NCBI GenBank assembly: GCA_963850305.1
Contig: CAWKKR010000008.1
Span: 224,001-288,000 of the forward strand
Direction of reading: 5' to 3'
DNA from: an uncultured delta proteobacterium
GTDB lineage: Bacteria; Myxococcota_A; Polyangia; Polyangiales; Polyangiaceae
DNA length: 64,000 nt
Shown one piece after another: positions 47,768 to 57,930 of this stretch; within the stretch, counting starts at the first letter, position 1, and each line of letters starts with the position of its first letter. The translations under genes and the position numbers were made by a program. The notes beneath the pieces were generated by a model. It did not search any database, was not told where the DNA came from, and saw nothing but the letters and a program-made list of their open reading frames with translations.

Positions 47768-49099
47768 ATGGGTCTGACGCCTGTTTCCCGGATGGCATCG
47801 CGGATGCTTCCCGCGTCCGCGATCGCCGTCGTCGCGTTTACCGTCCTGGTCTCCGCACGGCCGAAGCCGGTCGTCGCGGTGCGGCTCCGCGGGGGCCCGA
47901 CCGAGGGCGCGACCGTTCTTTCGTGGCGGCTCGAGGTCGTGGAGCGGCTCGGCTCCCGTGAAAGCGTGCTCGCCGGACGCGCCGCGTCGCTGGAAGCGCG
48001 CTTCGACGGCGGCGGGGCCGACTGGCACGGAACGCTCGACGCCGAAGGAGCGGCCTCGGTGACCCTCGCGGGCTTTTCGAGCCCGGTGAGCGGGTCGGTC
48101 CGCGTCCGGGTGTCGGTCGCGAACCTTGCGCCCCTGCCAGAGACGGTGTTCGCGGTCTCGCGGGCTCGGTGGTCCGCCCATGCTCGTCGCCGCGGGGGCT
48201 GGGTCGAAGGGCGGCCCAGCGGCGACCTCAGCGTGCGGGTCGCACCCGGGCGCGGCATCTTCGCGGTTCCGTTTCGCGACCCACTGTGGGTCGAAGTGCG
48301 TGGGCCGAACGCCGCGCTCGACGGCGTCACGGTCTCGGCCAGCGCGGAGGGGGGCCGGCTCGTCGGCACGCCTCGACCGCCGCTCGTCTCCAGGCGCTCC
48401 GAGTTGTTCTTCACTCCCGACGAGTACGCCGTGGACGTCTCCGTCGTGGCGCACTCGCCGACCGAGAATGCGCGCCTGGACGTCGCACTCGACGTCGATC
48501 CGGGCGCGCTGCACGCGGTGCTCTCGCCGGACGGCCTGGTCGTATCTTCACCGATCGTTCGTGAGCGTGCGTACGTCGCCATCGTCACCGAGTCCGAGCG
48601 CCTGACGGGGGGAACGGTGACCCTGATTCCCGACGGGTCGGGTGGCGCGCGCGGTCTCTTTGCGCTCGGTCCCTTGCCGCGAGAGCCGACCTGGGCGGTC
48701 GTGTCCAGCGAGTCGGATCGCGCGTCGCCGGCCCTCGTCGGATGGCCGATCGTCACGTCCGGCACCGAGCCACCCATGACCTTCGACGTCCCGGACGTGC
48801 TCCTGGCTGACACGACCGCCGTCGCTGTGGGCCGTGAGGCGTCGAGGGTTCGCTGCGTCCGGGCGCTGGCTGCGTCGTTCGCCGTCTTCGCTCTCGCCCT
48901 CACGGCCTGGTTCGTCGCACGCGACGCTCGGCGGGCGCGCGCCGAGCTCCGCTCGCACCTCGACGACGCCGGAGCGGATGCAGAATCGACCATACGGATT
49001 GCCACTTCTGGCGGCGCGAGCAACTGGGTTCTTGCCCTGTCGCTACTGGTGTTCGCCCTGGCAGCACTCCTCGTCGCGACGTTCGCGCTCTATCGGTGA
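47768..49099 (+). CDS. Hypothetical membrane protein
   Basis: N-terminal TM, beta-rich middle, two C-terminal TMs; start uncertain. Confidence 0.65.
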   Translation: MGLTPVSRMASRMLPASAIAVVAFTVLVSARPKPVVAVRLRGGPTEGATVLSWRLEVVERLGSRESVLAGRAASLEARFDGGGADWHGTLDAEGAASVTLAGFSSPVSGSVRVRVSVANLAPLPETVFAVSRARWSAHARRRGGWVEGRPSGDLSVRVAPGRGIFAVPFRDPLWVEVRGPNAALDGVTVSASAEGGRLVGTPRPPLVSRRSELFFTPDEYAVDVSVVAHSPTENARLDVALDVDPGALHAVLSPDGLVVSSPIVRERAYVAIVTESERLTGGTVTLIPDGSGGARGLFALGPLPREPTWAVVSSESDRASPALVGWPIVTSGTEPPMTFDVPDVLLADTTAVAVGREASRVRCVRALAASFAVFALALTAWFVARDARRARAELRSHLDDAGADAESTIRIATSGGASNWVLALSLLVFALAALLVATFALYR

Positions 49100-49448
49100 C
49101 GCCCCGCGCTCCGCCTCTGGCCCGGGGCCTTGGCTGCCAGGGGCCGGCAAGGAGTGGCGCGCTCTCCAGGCCATGCGTTTCCCCGTCCGGCGTGCGGTCG
49201 TCCGCACATGCCCTCATCGGTCGCTCCCGCTCGCTCGCGTTCATTTCCCACGAATCGGCCGAAATTGCGGGCCGTCGTTTTGGGACCACCGCGTCATCAC
49301 AAAACCCTTCCTTGTCCTCCCTCCTCCCACACCCTGAGCGTCACGCACCTTTGACGGGTGCACGCGGGCAAGCAAAGCTAGCGTGGATGGGGTACCCTCG
49401 GAAAAAATTGGGTTTGACGTAACCTTCGGTGCTTGGAGACTCGTTCAA

Positions 49449-51833
49449 ATGGTTCATGGCCGCTGGACTTCGATTGCTGCACTGACGATCGTTTCGGGTG
49501 CGACCTTGATCGGATGCGGTGGCTCTGGCACGACGAATCTTTTCGATACGGGCTCCACTGGAGGCGCGGCGGCGACCGGCGCGGGCGGCGCGAATTCAGG
49601 GACGGGCGGTGTAGCTTCGGGTGGCCTGGGGTCGGGCACCGGTGGTGTCGTGAATTCAGAGAGCGGTGGGAGCGCGGGCAACGCAGGCGCGGGTGGCACG
49701 GAGCAACTCGACGGAAGCATCCCGGATGCAGGCAGCGCGGGCGCCCCCATGGACTCGGGCACTGGGGGGAGTGAATCAGGTGGAGCGGGTAGTTTGGATT
49801 CCGGCAGCTCCAGCGGCGGCGCAGCTTCGGGTGGCGACGGCGGCATCATCGGCGCGAGCGGCGGTGCGAGCGGTTCCGGTGGAGCGACGGGCTCCGGCGG
49901 CGCAAGCTCGGGCGGCGCGACGGGTTCCGGTGGTGCGAGCGGTTCCGGTGGTGCGGCGAGCGGTGGCGCGAGCGGTTCCGGCGGCGCGAGCGGTTCCGGT
50001 GGAGCGACGGGCTCCGGCGGCGCAAGCTCGGGCGGCGCGACGGGTTCTGGTGGCGCGAGCGGTTCCGGTGGTGCGGCAAGCGGTGGCACGAGCGGTTCCG
50101 GCGGCGCAAGCTCGGGCGGCGCCGGTGGTTCCGGCGGCTCGTGCAGCACCGACGAGGATTGCCAGGTCGACGGCGGCGCGGCCATGATTTGCGTCGATGA
50201 TGAGTGCGTGCCGGGCGACTGTCACGTGAGCACGGACTGCCCCGACGGCGGAGTGTGCGGGCTGATCACGACGCAAGAATGTTCCCCCTGCACGACATCC
50301 GCGCAGTGTTCCGCGACGAATGGCTACGGGGGTGGACACGTCTGCGACACGGGTTCGTGCGTCGTGGGCAACTGCGCCGAGGACGTCGCGTGTGCCGGCG
50401 GTGAGATTTGCGGCGTCACCAAGCCGGACACTTGCGGCAAGTGCACCACCGACACCCAATGCCAGAACGCGCCCGCGTATGGTGCGGGCTTCATGTGCGA
50501 CACGGCGACCGGCGCGTGCGTCAGTTCTGCCTGCCCGACCGACGACGTCGCGTGCTCCAAGAACGGCACGGACTTCTGCTGCGGCGGAACCTGCGTGACC
50601 GGCAACTGCTGCAATAACGGCGACTGCAAGGCCGGTAAATGCGTGAACAACGAGTGCACCTCGTGCGCCGTCGTCACGGACGACACGTATTACGTCGATC
50701 CGCTCGACGGCAGCGACAAGACCGGTACGGGCGACGGCGCAGGCACTTGCGCATTCAAGACCATCACGCGCGCCCTCCAGGCGATCGGCAACCCGACTTC
50801 GGCGACGACGATCGTCATCGTCCCGGACGCCGCCGTGAGCAGCGCGAACGGCGAGACCTTCCCCATTGCCGTCCCGGCGAACGTCACCATCGACGGCAAC
50901 GGCGGGGGCACCGACGCGACGGTCCTCGTGCCCGGGAACGGCACCGGGTTCACGCTGGCGCATGCAAACTCGTCCCTCGCGGATCTGGTGATCGACGGGC
51001 AATCGGGACAAGCGCTCATCGGCGTCTCGGTCACGCCGGGCTCCACGACGACCACGAAGGTCGCGAACGTCACCGTGGAGAATTTCTCTTCCGACGGCAT
51101 TCACGTCACCGGAGCGCTGACGATCGGTGAAGGCGTTACATCCACGGGCAACGCGGAGAGCGGCCTCCACGTGCTCGGCACCGGTCGGGTGACCGTCGCA
51201 CAGACCTCTGCGACCGGCGCAGCCGTCCATTTCGACGAGAACGCGGGATATGGAATCGAAGTCACGGGTACCGGCGGCATCACTCTGACGGGCAGCCCGG
51301 GCACTCTCGGGAATGGCACTGTCACGGCAAATGGCAACTCGCTCGACGGTCTGTTCATCGAGCAGACGCCTGCGATCTCGATCGTGTCGCCGATCGACAC
51401 CATCACCGGTCTCGTCGCGTGGGAGAACGACGGGAACGGCATTCACGTCTTTGGCGGCTCTTCACTGGTGCTGCGCGATAGCTACGTGCTCGGCAACGCC
51501 GCGAACGGCATACTGGTATCCACGTACATCGCGGGCGCCACTGCGAACGACAGCGTCGCGCGCATCAACCTCGGCGGCGCCGTCGTTGCAGGCGCGAACA
51601 CCCTCCAGGCCGCAGCCGGCGGGCATGTCAACGCCGATGCGGGCATCTGCCTCGACGTCGATCGTCTCGCCAACGTCACCCTGACGGCCGAAGGTAACAT
51701 CTTCGGAACCATCAACTGCGGCGCGACCAACGGAACCCTCAAGCACGACGACAACTGCACGGGCGCCGTCGATTACTCCGTCGATACGGCGCTCACGACA
51801 TCGAACACCATCGACGTAGCGAACTGCCATTGA
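49449..51833 (+). CDS. Surface lipoprotein: Gly/Ser linker, Cys-rich repeats, DUF1565/right-handed beta-helix
   Basis: LIGC lipobox; YYVDPLDGSD...FKTITRAL...ETFPI; GIHV repeats. Confidence 0.82.
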   Translation: MVHGRWTSIAALTIVSGATLIGCGGSGTTNLFDTGSTGGAAATGAGGANSGTGGVASGGLGSGTGGVVNSESGGSAGNAGAGGTEQLDGSIPDAGSAGAPMDSGTGGSESGGAGSLDSGSSSGGAASGGDGGIIGASGGASGSGGATGSGGASSGGATGSGGASGSGGAASGGASGSGGASGSGGATGSGGASSGGATGSGGASGSGGAASGGTSGSGGASSGGAGGSGGSCSTDEDCQVDGGAAMICVDDECVPGDCHVSTDCPDGGVCGLITTQECSPCTTSAQCSATNGYGGGHVCDTGSCVVGNCAEDVACAGGEICGVTKPDTCGKCTTDTQCQNAPAYGAGFMCDTATGACVSSACPTDDVACSKNGTDFCCGGTCVTGNCCNNGDCKAGKCVNNECTSCAVVTDDTYYVDPLDGSDKTGTGDGAGTCAFKTITRALQAIGNPTSATTIVIVPDAAVSSANGETFPIAVPANVTIDGNGGGTDATVLVPGNGTGFTLAHANSSLADLVIDGQSGQALIGVSVTPGSTTTTKVANVTVENFSSDGIHVTGALTIGEGVTSTGNAESGLHVLGTGRVTVAQTSATGAAVHFDENAGYGIEVTGTGGITLTGSPGTLGNGTVTANGNSLDGLFIEQTPAISIVSPIDTITGLVAWENDGNGIHVFGGSSLVLRDSYVLGNAANGILVSTYIAGATANDSVARINLGGAVVAGANTLQAAAGGHVNADAGICLDVDRLANVTLTAEGNIFGTINCGATNGTLKHDDNCTGAVDYSVDTALTTSNTIDVANCH
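49861..50100 (+). repeat. Near-perfect 120-bp in-frame tandem duplication (Gly/Ser/Ala linker)
   Basis: 49861-49980 and 49981-50100 differ at only a few positions. Confidence 0.9.
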
Positions 51834-51959
51834 CTCCGCGAGGGTGGGTGGACGCCTCCGCTTGGCTTTGCGGCGATGCGGCTCCGTCCGGGGCGGGAAC
51901 TTCTCGCTTCGTCCCGCCATGGCAGACGGCGCGAGCTGGATCCATGGTAGCGTGTATGT

Positions 51960-52592
51960 GTGCATCCGCTCTTCCAGCTCGATGCTCCACTGCCGATCCC
52001 TCCTGGACGGAGCCCCTTTCATATCCGGGGCCTCTATTACAACCGGCTCGTCGCTCGCTTGAGCGGGGAATCCGGAGGCCTCCAGAAGTGGCTCGCGACG
52101 ATCGACGATCCCGCGCTCAGGGATTTCATTTCGCAGCGGTTTTCGTGGACCGGCTGGTACGATGTAATGCCGGCAATGCCGATTTGCGTCGCTTCCACGC
52201 GCCGTACGGGCGTGGAGTTCGAGACGGCAATCCGTGAGCAAACGCGGAGCGCCGCGCTCCGTCTCATTCCAAGCGCGTTTCGATTCGCGCTGCGTGTACC
52301 GGGACCGACGGCGATGGCCGCTCAGGTCGGCCAAGTCGTCGCAATGACGATGGACTTCGTCGAACTGCGTATCGAAGAATCGAGGCCGACACGGTCGACG
52401 GGCTGGGGCAAAGGGGTGCCACTCTTCATTGCGCCGCATACGGCGAATACCGTCGTCGGTTTCTTCCAGGCGATCCTGGAAGCGCGCGGAGCAAGAGACG
52501 TGCGGGCGCGCTACACGGACGTGGTCCCCGACGGAACGAAGAGCGGTATCGAGACGGTATCGATTCGTTACGAATTCGATTGGGCATCGTGA
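51960..52592 (+). CDS. Myxobacterial hypothetical protein (DUF2378/V4R-like)
   Basis: RGLYY...GWYDVMP pattern and C-terminal RYEFDW; family tentative. Confidence 0.6.
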   Translation: MHPLFQLDAPLPIPPGRSPFHIRGLYYNRLVARLSGESGGLQKWLATIDDPALRDFISQRFSWTGWYDVMPAMPICVASTRRTGVEFETAIREQTRSAALRLIPSAFRFALRVPGPTAMAAQVGQVVAMTMDFVELRIEESRPTRSTGWGKGVPLFIAPHTANTVVGFFQAILEARGARDVRARYTDVVPDGTKSGIETVSIRYEFDWAS

Positions 52593-52708
52593 TCATCCAG
52601 CGGCTCAGCGTGGCCTCCGCAGCCTCACGCATGATCCCGAGAACGTTGAGGTGGCCTGAACGACCGACGGAACTGCTGACGGCCGTGAATCGCGTCGCGG
52701 AGGTAGGC

Positions 52709-53527
52709 TCAGCCCGACGCGAGGGCGACTTCGGGGAGCACGAGCACGCCGGCGGAGCGCGAGTTACGCTCGCCCGCTTCGATGCGAACGCGAACGCTGT
52801 TGCGCTCCGGAGGCACGAGCGAGATCTCGCCCGGATTGTGCGCGGAATCGGGCGTGAGAGCGTGATTGAAGTCGAGGTACGTGACGCCGCCTTGGGGGAG
52901 CGGCGCGTACAGGTAACGCCCCACGATGGATGTCTGCTCGCCATTCGTCGTGTCACGGAACTGGACGAGGAGCCGTTTGGGTTCCTGGATGGGCTCGAGC
53001 GAATAGAAGACCCCTCCGATCTCGACGACGAGCACGTAGTCGACGACGACGCTCTCCTTGATGGATGAAACGGAATAGTCGAGTTCGCGCGTCCTCGGGT
53101 GCTCGAGGGGAACGGCGCGGGCTCGGAGGCGCAGCCGTTCGTCCACCGGAAACCAGCTCGCGCCGCGAAAGGTCTGGAGGAGGAGAGCTTGCGGGTCACA
53201 CGTACGAAGAACGAGCGTGTCGCCGCGGCGGGTGAGCTGATGACTGACGTGCCCTTGAAACAGCAGGTCCTCGTCCTGGTCCGGCCGGAGCTTGCGCTCA
53301 CGAACACGCGCCCCGCCGCAGGTCATCGATACGCCGTCGTGAATGACGACGTGTACGTCGTCGCTCTTCACCGTCACGGTTCCGAACGCGACGTCGTTGC
53401 GTCCCTCGACGAGAATCGTCGAGGAGGTCGTCGACAGGCAGCCGTCGCGACGAGCCAGCACCGCGTCGCGCCTCTCGCGGAACGTGCGCGTTTCGAGCTC
53501 GTAGTCGGCCGCGATCGTCTTCTTCAT
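52709..53527 (-). CDS. DUF1684 family protein (divergent)
   Basis: WFPVDERLR, FRDTTNG..T..GRYL, LDFN, IEAGE. Confidence 0.78.
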   Translation of the reverse strand: MKKTIAADYELETRTFRERRDAVLARRDGCLSTTSSTILVEGRNDVAFGTVTVKSDDVHVVIHDGVSMTCGGARVRERKLRPDQDEDLLFQGHVSHQLTRRGDTLVLRTCDPQALLLQTFRGASWFPVDERLRLRARAVPLEHPRTRELDYSVSSIKESVVVDYVLVVEIGGVFYSLEPIQEPKRLLVQFRDTTNGEQTSIVGRYLYAPLPQGGVTYLDFNHALTPDSAHNPGEISLVPPERNSVRVRIEAGERNSRSAGVLVLPEVALASG

Positions 53528-53564
53528 CGAGCTTCGATGACGTTCGGCGATCCGCGACCGCTGC

Positions 53565-54753
53565 TCAAGTCCATTCGGCGTCGCGATGAGCGAGCGCGTT
53601 CAGTCGTCGCGCGATTGCGACGGCCCGGAGCATCCGGACGTGCGCCCGGCCGTTGAACACGTGCGGCCCTCTGGCCAAATCCGCACCGACGAAATCGCTC
53701 GACCGAGATCTCGTCGAGACTGCCCGTCCCTGCCCCGTGAGTGTTGCGATACGCGCTCTTGAGCGACACCCACGAAAGTTTACTCTCGGTTTCGACTGCG
53801 AGGAGATCGAGTGTGCTTTGATTCCATGCGGCCAGGAGCGGCGGTTGCGGGAGAGCTTCGAGGAATCTTTTCCAGTCCTTGCGAAATGATTCCGGCAAAA
53901 CGGCGTGTTCGAAAGCTTCCGCGGGGAGCTGCATGTGGGCGAGGTGCGCTGCGGTCGGCGGGCCGGGTTCCGTCACGAGCAACCGCTCGAACGTCGCCGA
54001 GGTCGACGGCGCGACGGCCGCGAGCTGCACGAGGGAGCGCGCGCCTCGAGGATGCGGCCGCGCGAACTCGGCGTACACGACCACCAGGCGCTCGAAGTCC
54101 TCGACCAGCGCTCGCGGAATTTTTCGCCACGCGAGCGGCCGCTTCTCGCGCGCGCGCGGAGCACCCGTACCGCGGCGAATGAACACGAGCTGTGCATCGA
54201 TCATCTCGTCGAACGCTTCGAGGAGCGCGTCGAACCCGCGCGTCTCCGGCTCGAGCACGCGCAGCGCCTCGACGATTGCCTCGAGGGTCGATACGAACTC
54301 GCGGCGTGGCTCTCGTCGGATTCGATATCGACTCGGCGCTGACGGCGAGAGCCGGTATCGCGGCAGGGAGTGGAGCCAGGTCTTGTCGCGAAAGAGAGTG
54401 CGGGCGGTGTGCCAGGTCCCGTCGAGGACGACGAGATGCGCGGGGCGCTCGTTCTCGGAGAGCTCCGCGAGATCGCGTGCGTCGGGACTCGGGTACAGGA
54501 GCGCGGCGTTCTCCGGGACCCACGGCGGCCGCGACTCGTCGCGAGCGCCGGCGTCCCAGGCGACCTCCACGCGAACTCTGGCGAGACCGAGCTTCGCGAA
54601 GCGAGCGGTGCCGATCGGGTGCAAGCGCTCCCGCGGATGCTGCACGACGATGATGTTCGTCCGATTGTCGACCCGCGAGACGCGCGAACAGACGCAGAGC
54701 GTTTTCGGCTTGTGGCATTCGTAACAGACGGCGCGGTGCGCGAACTCGAGCAC
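53565..54753 (-). CDS. DTW-domain tRNA-uridine aminocarboxypropyltransferase with a C-terminal extension; probable +1 indel at ~53692
   Basis: CYECHKPKTLCVC, QHPRE, GTAR, LLYPS, VLDGTW, YRIRREP, STLEA; the alternative frame gives a more protein-like end (GRAHVRMLRAVAIARRL). Confidence 0.85.
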
Positions 54754-54761
54754 GGCGCGTA

Positions 54762-55286
54762 CTATAGGCCGGACTCGTCGAGCGACCTTCGCGCCGGAGT
54801 CCGGCGAGGCTCGGGCGGCAAATCCGGGAAGACCGCGATCGAGCCGGGCGCGGGGGAGCGCACGGGTCCGGACGTCGAGGAGACAGGCGACACCGTCGAG
54901 GAGACGCTGCCCTCCGCCCGGGGCGGGTCGGGGCACCCGCGATTCAGGGGAGACGCGGGCCCGGGAACTTCCGGGCAAGCGTCGACCGAGTCGGCCACTC
55001 CATCTCCGTCGCGGTCGTTCGTTCCGAGCCCGTCATCGTAGTAACCGGGGGGTGGACAGCCGTTCTGGACGATGACGGGCGAGGGAATTCCCGGAAGCGT
55101 CGGACATGCATCGATGGGGTCGGGCACGCCATCGTGGTCGCTGTCGGCCGCGGGGACGACGGCCGGCGGAGCCGCCGCGACCCACGTGACCACGCGGGGT
55201 GTCGGGGGATTCGCGCACGCGGCGAGCACGACCGCCGCAAGTGCAGTCATGCCCATCGGAAAGCGGTGAGCGTCGAACCGGGGCAT
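54762..55286 (-). CDS. Small lipoprotein with thrombospondin type-3 repeats
   Basis: LAAC lipobox; DSDHDGVPDPIDACP and DRDGDGVADSVDACP. Confidence 0.75.
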   Translation of the reverse strand: MPRFDAHRFPMGMTALAAVVLAACANPPTPRVVTWVAAAPPAVVPAADSDHDGVPDPIDACPTLPGIPSPVIVQNGCPPPGYYDDGLGTNDRDGDGVADSVDACPEVPGPASPLNRGCPDPPRAEGSVSSTVSPVSSTSGPVRSPAPGSIAVFPDLPPEPRRTPARRSLDESGL

Positions 55287-55363
55287 GGAGCTTGTTCCAG
55301 AATATCCGACTCCGGCCGCCGCGAGAACACCCGCCTCGGGGCGAGCGCATGCTAGAAAGCGGC

Positions 55364-56065
55364 ATGCCGAAAGCGTTCGACACCTGGAACGTCCTTTCCC
55401 ACAGGCCCATCGAGAAGCTTTCGGAAAACGTCTGGCGCGTGGAGGGAGACCTGCCGCAGGGCAACGGAACGCGCGTCATGACCATCGCCAAGCTTTCCGA
55501 CGGTCGTCTGGTCATTCACAACGCGATCGCGCTCGAAGAGCCGCTCATGAAGGAAATCGAAGCGTTCGGGACGCCGTCCGCCATCGTCGTCCCGAACGGG
55601 TTTCACCGGCTGGACGCCAAGGTCTTCAAGGACCGGTACCCCCAGGCGAAGGTGTATTGCCCGGAAGCCGCGAAGAAGAAGGTGGGACAGATCGTCGGCG
55701 TGGACGGGAGTCTGGAGGAAGCACCGCACGACGACACCGTGAAGCTCTTCCACATCGAAGGGACGAAGCGGGGCGAAGGCGTGCTGGAAGTGAAGTCATC
55801 GGACGGAGTGACCGTCACGTTCAACGACGCCATCTGCAACCTGCCGCCGGTCGGGGGCGTGATGGGGTTCTTCCTGGCGCCAACCGGACGGGCGAGCGTG
55901 CCGCGGATGGCGCGCTGGCTCGTCGTGAAGGACAAGAGCTCCTTTCGCGACCATCTGACGAAAATCGCCGAGACGCCGGACCTCAAACGCGTCATCGTCG
56001 CACACGGCTCGCTGATCGAAAGCCAGGCGGCAGCGACGCTGAAGGCCGTCGCCGCCGAGGTTTGA
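55364..56065 (+). CDS. DUF4336-like / metallo-beta-lactamase-fold protein
   Basis: RVMTIAKLSDGRLVIHNA, VPNGFHRLD, IVAHG. Confidence 0.75.
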   Translation: MPKAFDTWNVLSHRPIEKLSENVWRVEGDLPQGNGTRVMTIAKLSDGRLVIHNAIALEEPLMKEIEAFGTPSAIVVPNGFHRLDAKVFKDRYPQAKVYCPEAAKKKVGQIVGVDGSLEEAPHDDTVKLFHIEGTKRGEGVLEVKSSDGVTVTFNDAICNLPPVGGVMGFFLAPTGRASVPRMARWLVVKDKSSFRDHLTKIAETPDLKRVIVAHGSLIESQAAATLKAVAAEV

Positions 56066-56094
56066 CGGCCGAGTCCCCCGGACCGAGCTCGCGT

Positions 56095-57891
56095 ATGGCT
56101 CTCCCGATCGAAGACTACGCCCTCATCGGCGATTGCAAGACCGCGGCGCTCGTCGGAAAAAATGGCTCGATCGACTGGCTCGCGTTCCCGAACCTCGCGT
56201 CGGGCGCATGCTTCGCCGGGCTGCTCGGCACGGAAGAGCACGGCCGCTGGCTCGTCGCGCCGCGGGGGAGCCACGCGGTCCGAAGGAAATATCGCGGAGG
56301 CACGCTCGTGCTCGAAACGGAGTTCGAAACGACGACCGGCTGCGCTCGCGTCATCGACTTCATGCCCCTTCGCGACGACGGATCGTCGGTCGTTCGCATC
56401 GTCGACGGAATCGAAGGCGCCGTGGCGTTCGATTCGGATCTCGTCATCCGGTTCGACTACGGGTCGATCGTTCCCTGGGTACGCCGCACGGATACGGGCA
56501 TCCTCGCAGTCGCCGGTCCCGACGCGCTCACGCTCGACGCCGACGTTCCATGCCACGGCGAGAATCTGAGGACCCGGAGCCATTTCACCGTCCGCAAGGG
56601 CGAGCGCCACCATCTGGTGCTGAGCTGGCACCACTCGGCGGGCTCGCGGAGGCCGCCCTTCAATCCCGAGGTCGCACTTTCGGCGACCGAGCGACGGTGG
56701 CAAGAATGGTGTGACCGCTCGACCTACGCGGGCCCTTTTCGAGACGCGGTGATGCGCTCGCTGCTCACGCTCAAGGCGCTGACGTACGGACCCACCGGCG
56801 GCATCGTCGCAGCGCCGACGACGTCGCTTCCGGAACGGATCGGCGGCGACCGCAACTGGGACTATCGGTTCTGCTGGATCCGCGACGCGACGTTCGCGCT
56901 CTATGCCCTCCTCATCGGCGGGTACCGCGAGGAAGCGCGTGAATGGCGCAAGTGGCTTCTCCGCGCCGTCGCGGGCGTCCCGAGCAAAATGAAGATTCTC
57001 TACGGGCTCGAGGGCGACCGCCGACAGCCCGAGCTCGTCCTTCCCTGGCTACCCGGCTACGAAGGCTCGAAGCCGGTGCGGATCGGCAACAGCGCGTCGG
57101 ACCAGCACCAGCTCGACGTGTACGGCGAGGTGATGGACGCGATGCACGTCGCGCGCCGACACGGGCTCGAGCCGGACGCCGGCTCGTGGCGGGTCGAGCG
57201 CGTGCTCATGCGCTTCCTGGCGAATGATTGGATGAACCCGGACGACGGCATCTGGGAAGTCAGGGGGCCGCAGCGGCACTTCACGCATTCCAAGGTGATG
57301 GCGTGGGTCGCAGCCGACCGCGCGGTGAAGGCGGTGGAGCAGTTCGGACTTCCGGGCCCCGTCGACGAATGGCGAAGCCTACGGGCAGCGATCCATCAGG
57401 ACGTCTGCGAGCGGGGCTTCGATCCGGCAAGAAAGACCTTCGTGCAGTCCTACGGTTCCCCCCAACTGGACGCGAGCCTGCTCCTGATTCCGCTCGTCGG
57501 CTTCCTTCCCGCGAAGGACCCACGGGTGACGGGCACGGTGGAAGCCGTCATGACGGAGCTCGTGCGCGGTGGGCTAGTGAATCGCTACGCGACGGAGAGC
57601 GGCGTGGATGGTCTCGCGGCGGGCGAGGGCACCTTCCTCAGCTGCACGTTCTGGCTCGCCGATAATCTGGCGCTCCAGGGCCGCTGGGACGAAGCGACGG
57701 AAGTGTTCGAGCGGCTCCTCGCGCTGCGCAACGATGTCGGCCTTCTCTCGGAGGAGTACGACGTCGATCTGCAGCGCCTGGTCGGCAATTTCCCGCAGGC
57801 CTTCTCGCACGTCGCGCTCATCAACACGGCGAGCAACCTGGCGAAGCGAGGTGCCTCCGCGGAGGACCGCTCCATGCCTCGTCACACCTGA
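56095..57891 (+). CDS. Glycoside hydrolase family 15 (trehalase/glucoamylase-like)
   Basis: IEDYALIGD, AAPTTSLPE, RNWDYRFCWIRD, GIWEVRG, LLSEEYD, GNFPQAFSH. Confidence 0.94.
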   Translation: MALPIEDYALIGDCKTAALVGKNGSIDWLAFPNLASGACFAGLLGTEEHGRWLVAPRGSHAVRRKYRGGTLVLETEFETTTGCARVIDFMPLRDDGSSVVRIVDGIEGAVAFDSDLVIRFDYGSIVPWVRRTDTGILAVAGPDALTLDADVPCHGENLRTRSHFTVRKGERHHLVLSWHHSAGSRRPPFNPEVALSATERRWQEWCDRSTYAGPFRDAVMRSLLTLKALTYGPTGGIVAAPTTSLPERIGGDRNWDYRFCWIRDATFALYALLIGGYREEAREWRKWLLRAVAGVPSKMKILYGLEGDRRQPELVLPWLPGYEGSKPVRIGNSASDQHQLDVYGEVMDAMHVARRHGLEPDAGSWRVERVLMRFLANDWMNPDDGIWEVRGPQRHFTHSKVMAWVAADRAVKAVEQFGLPGPVDEWRSLRAAIHQDVCERGFDPARKTFVQSYGSPQLDASLLLIPLVGFLPAKDPRVTGTVEAVMTELVRGGLVNRYATESGVDGLAAGEGTFLSCTFWLADNLALQGRWDEATEVFERLLALRNDVGLLSEEYDVDLQRLVGNFPQAFSHVALINTASNLAKRGASAEDRSMPRHT

Positions 57892-57930
57892 GACGGCTCG
57901 CGCCGGCCGCGTCCACGACGCATCTCGAGC

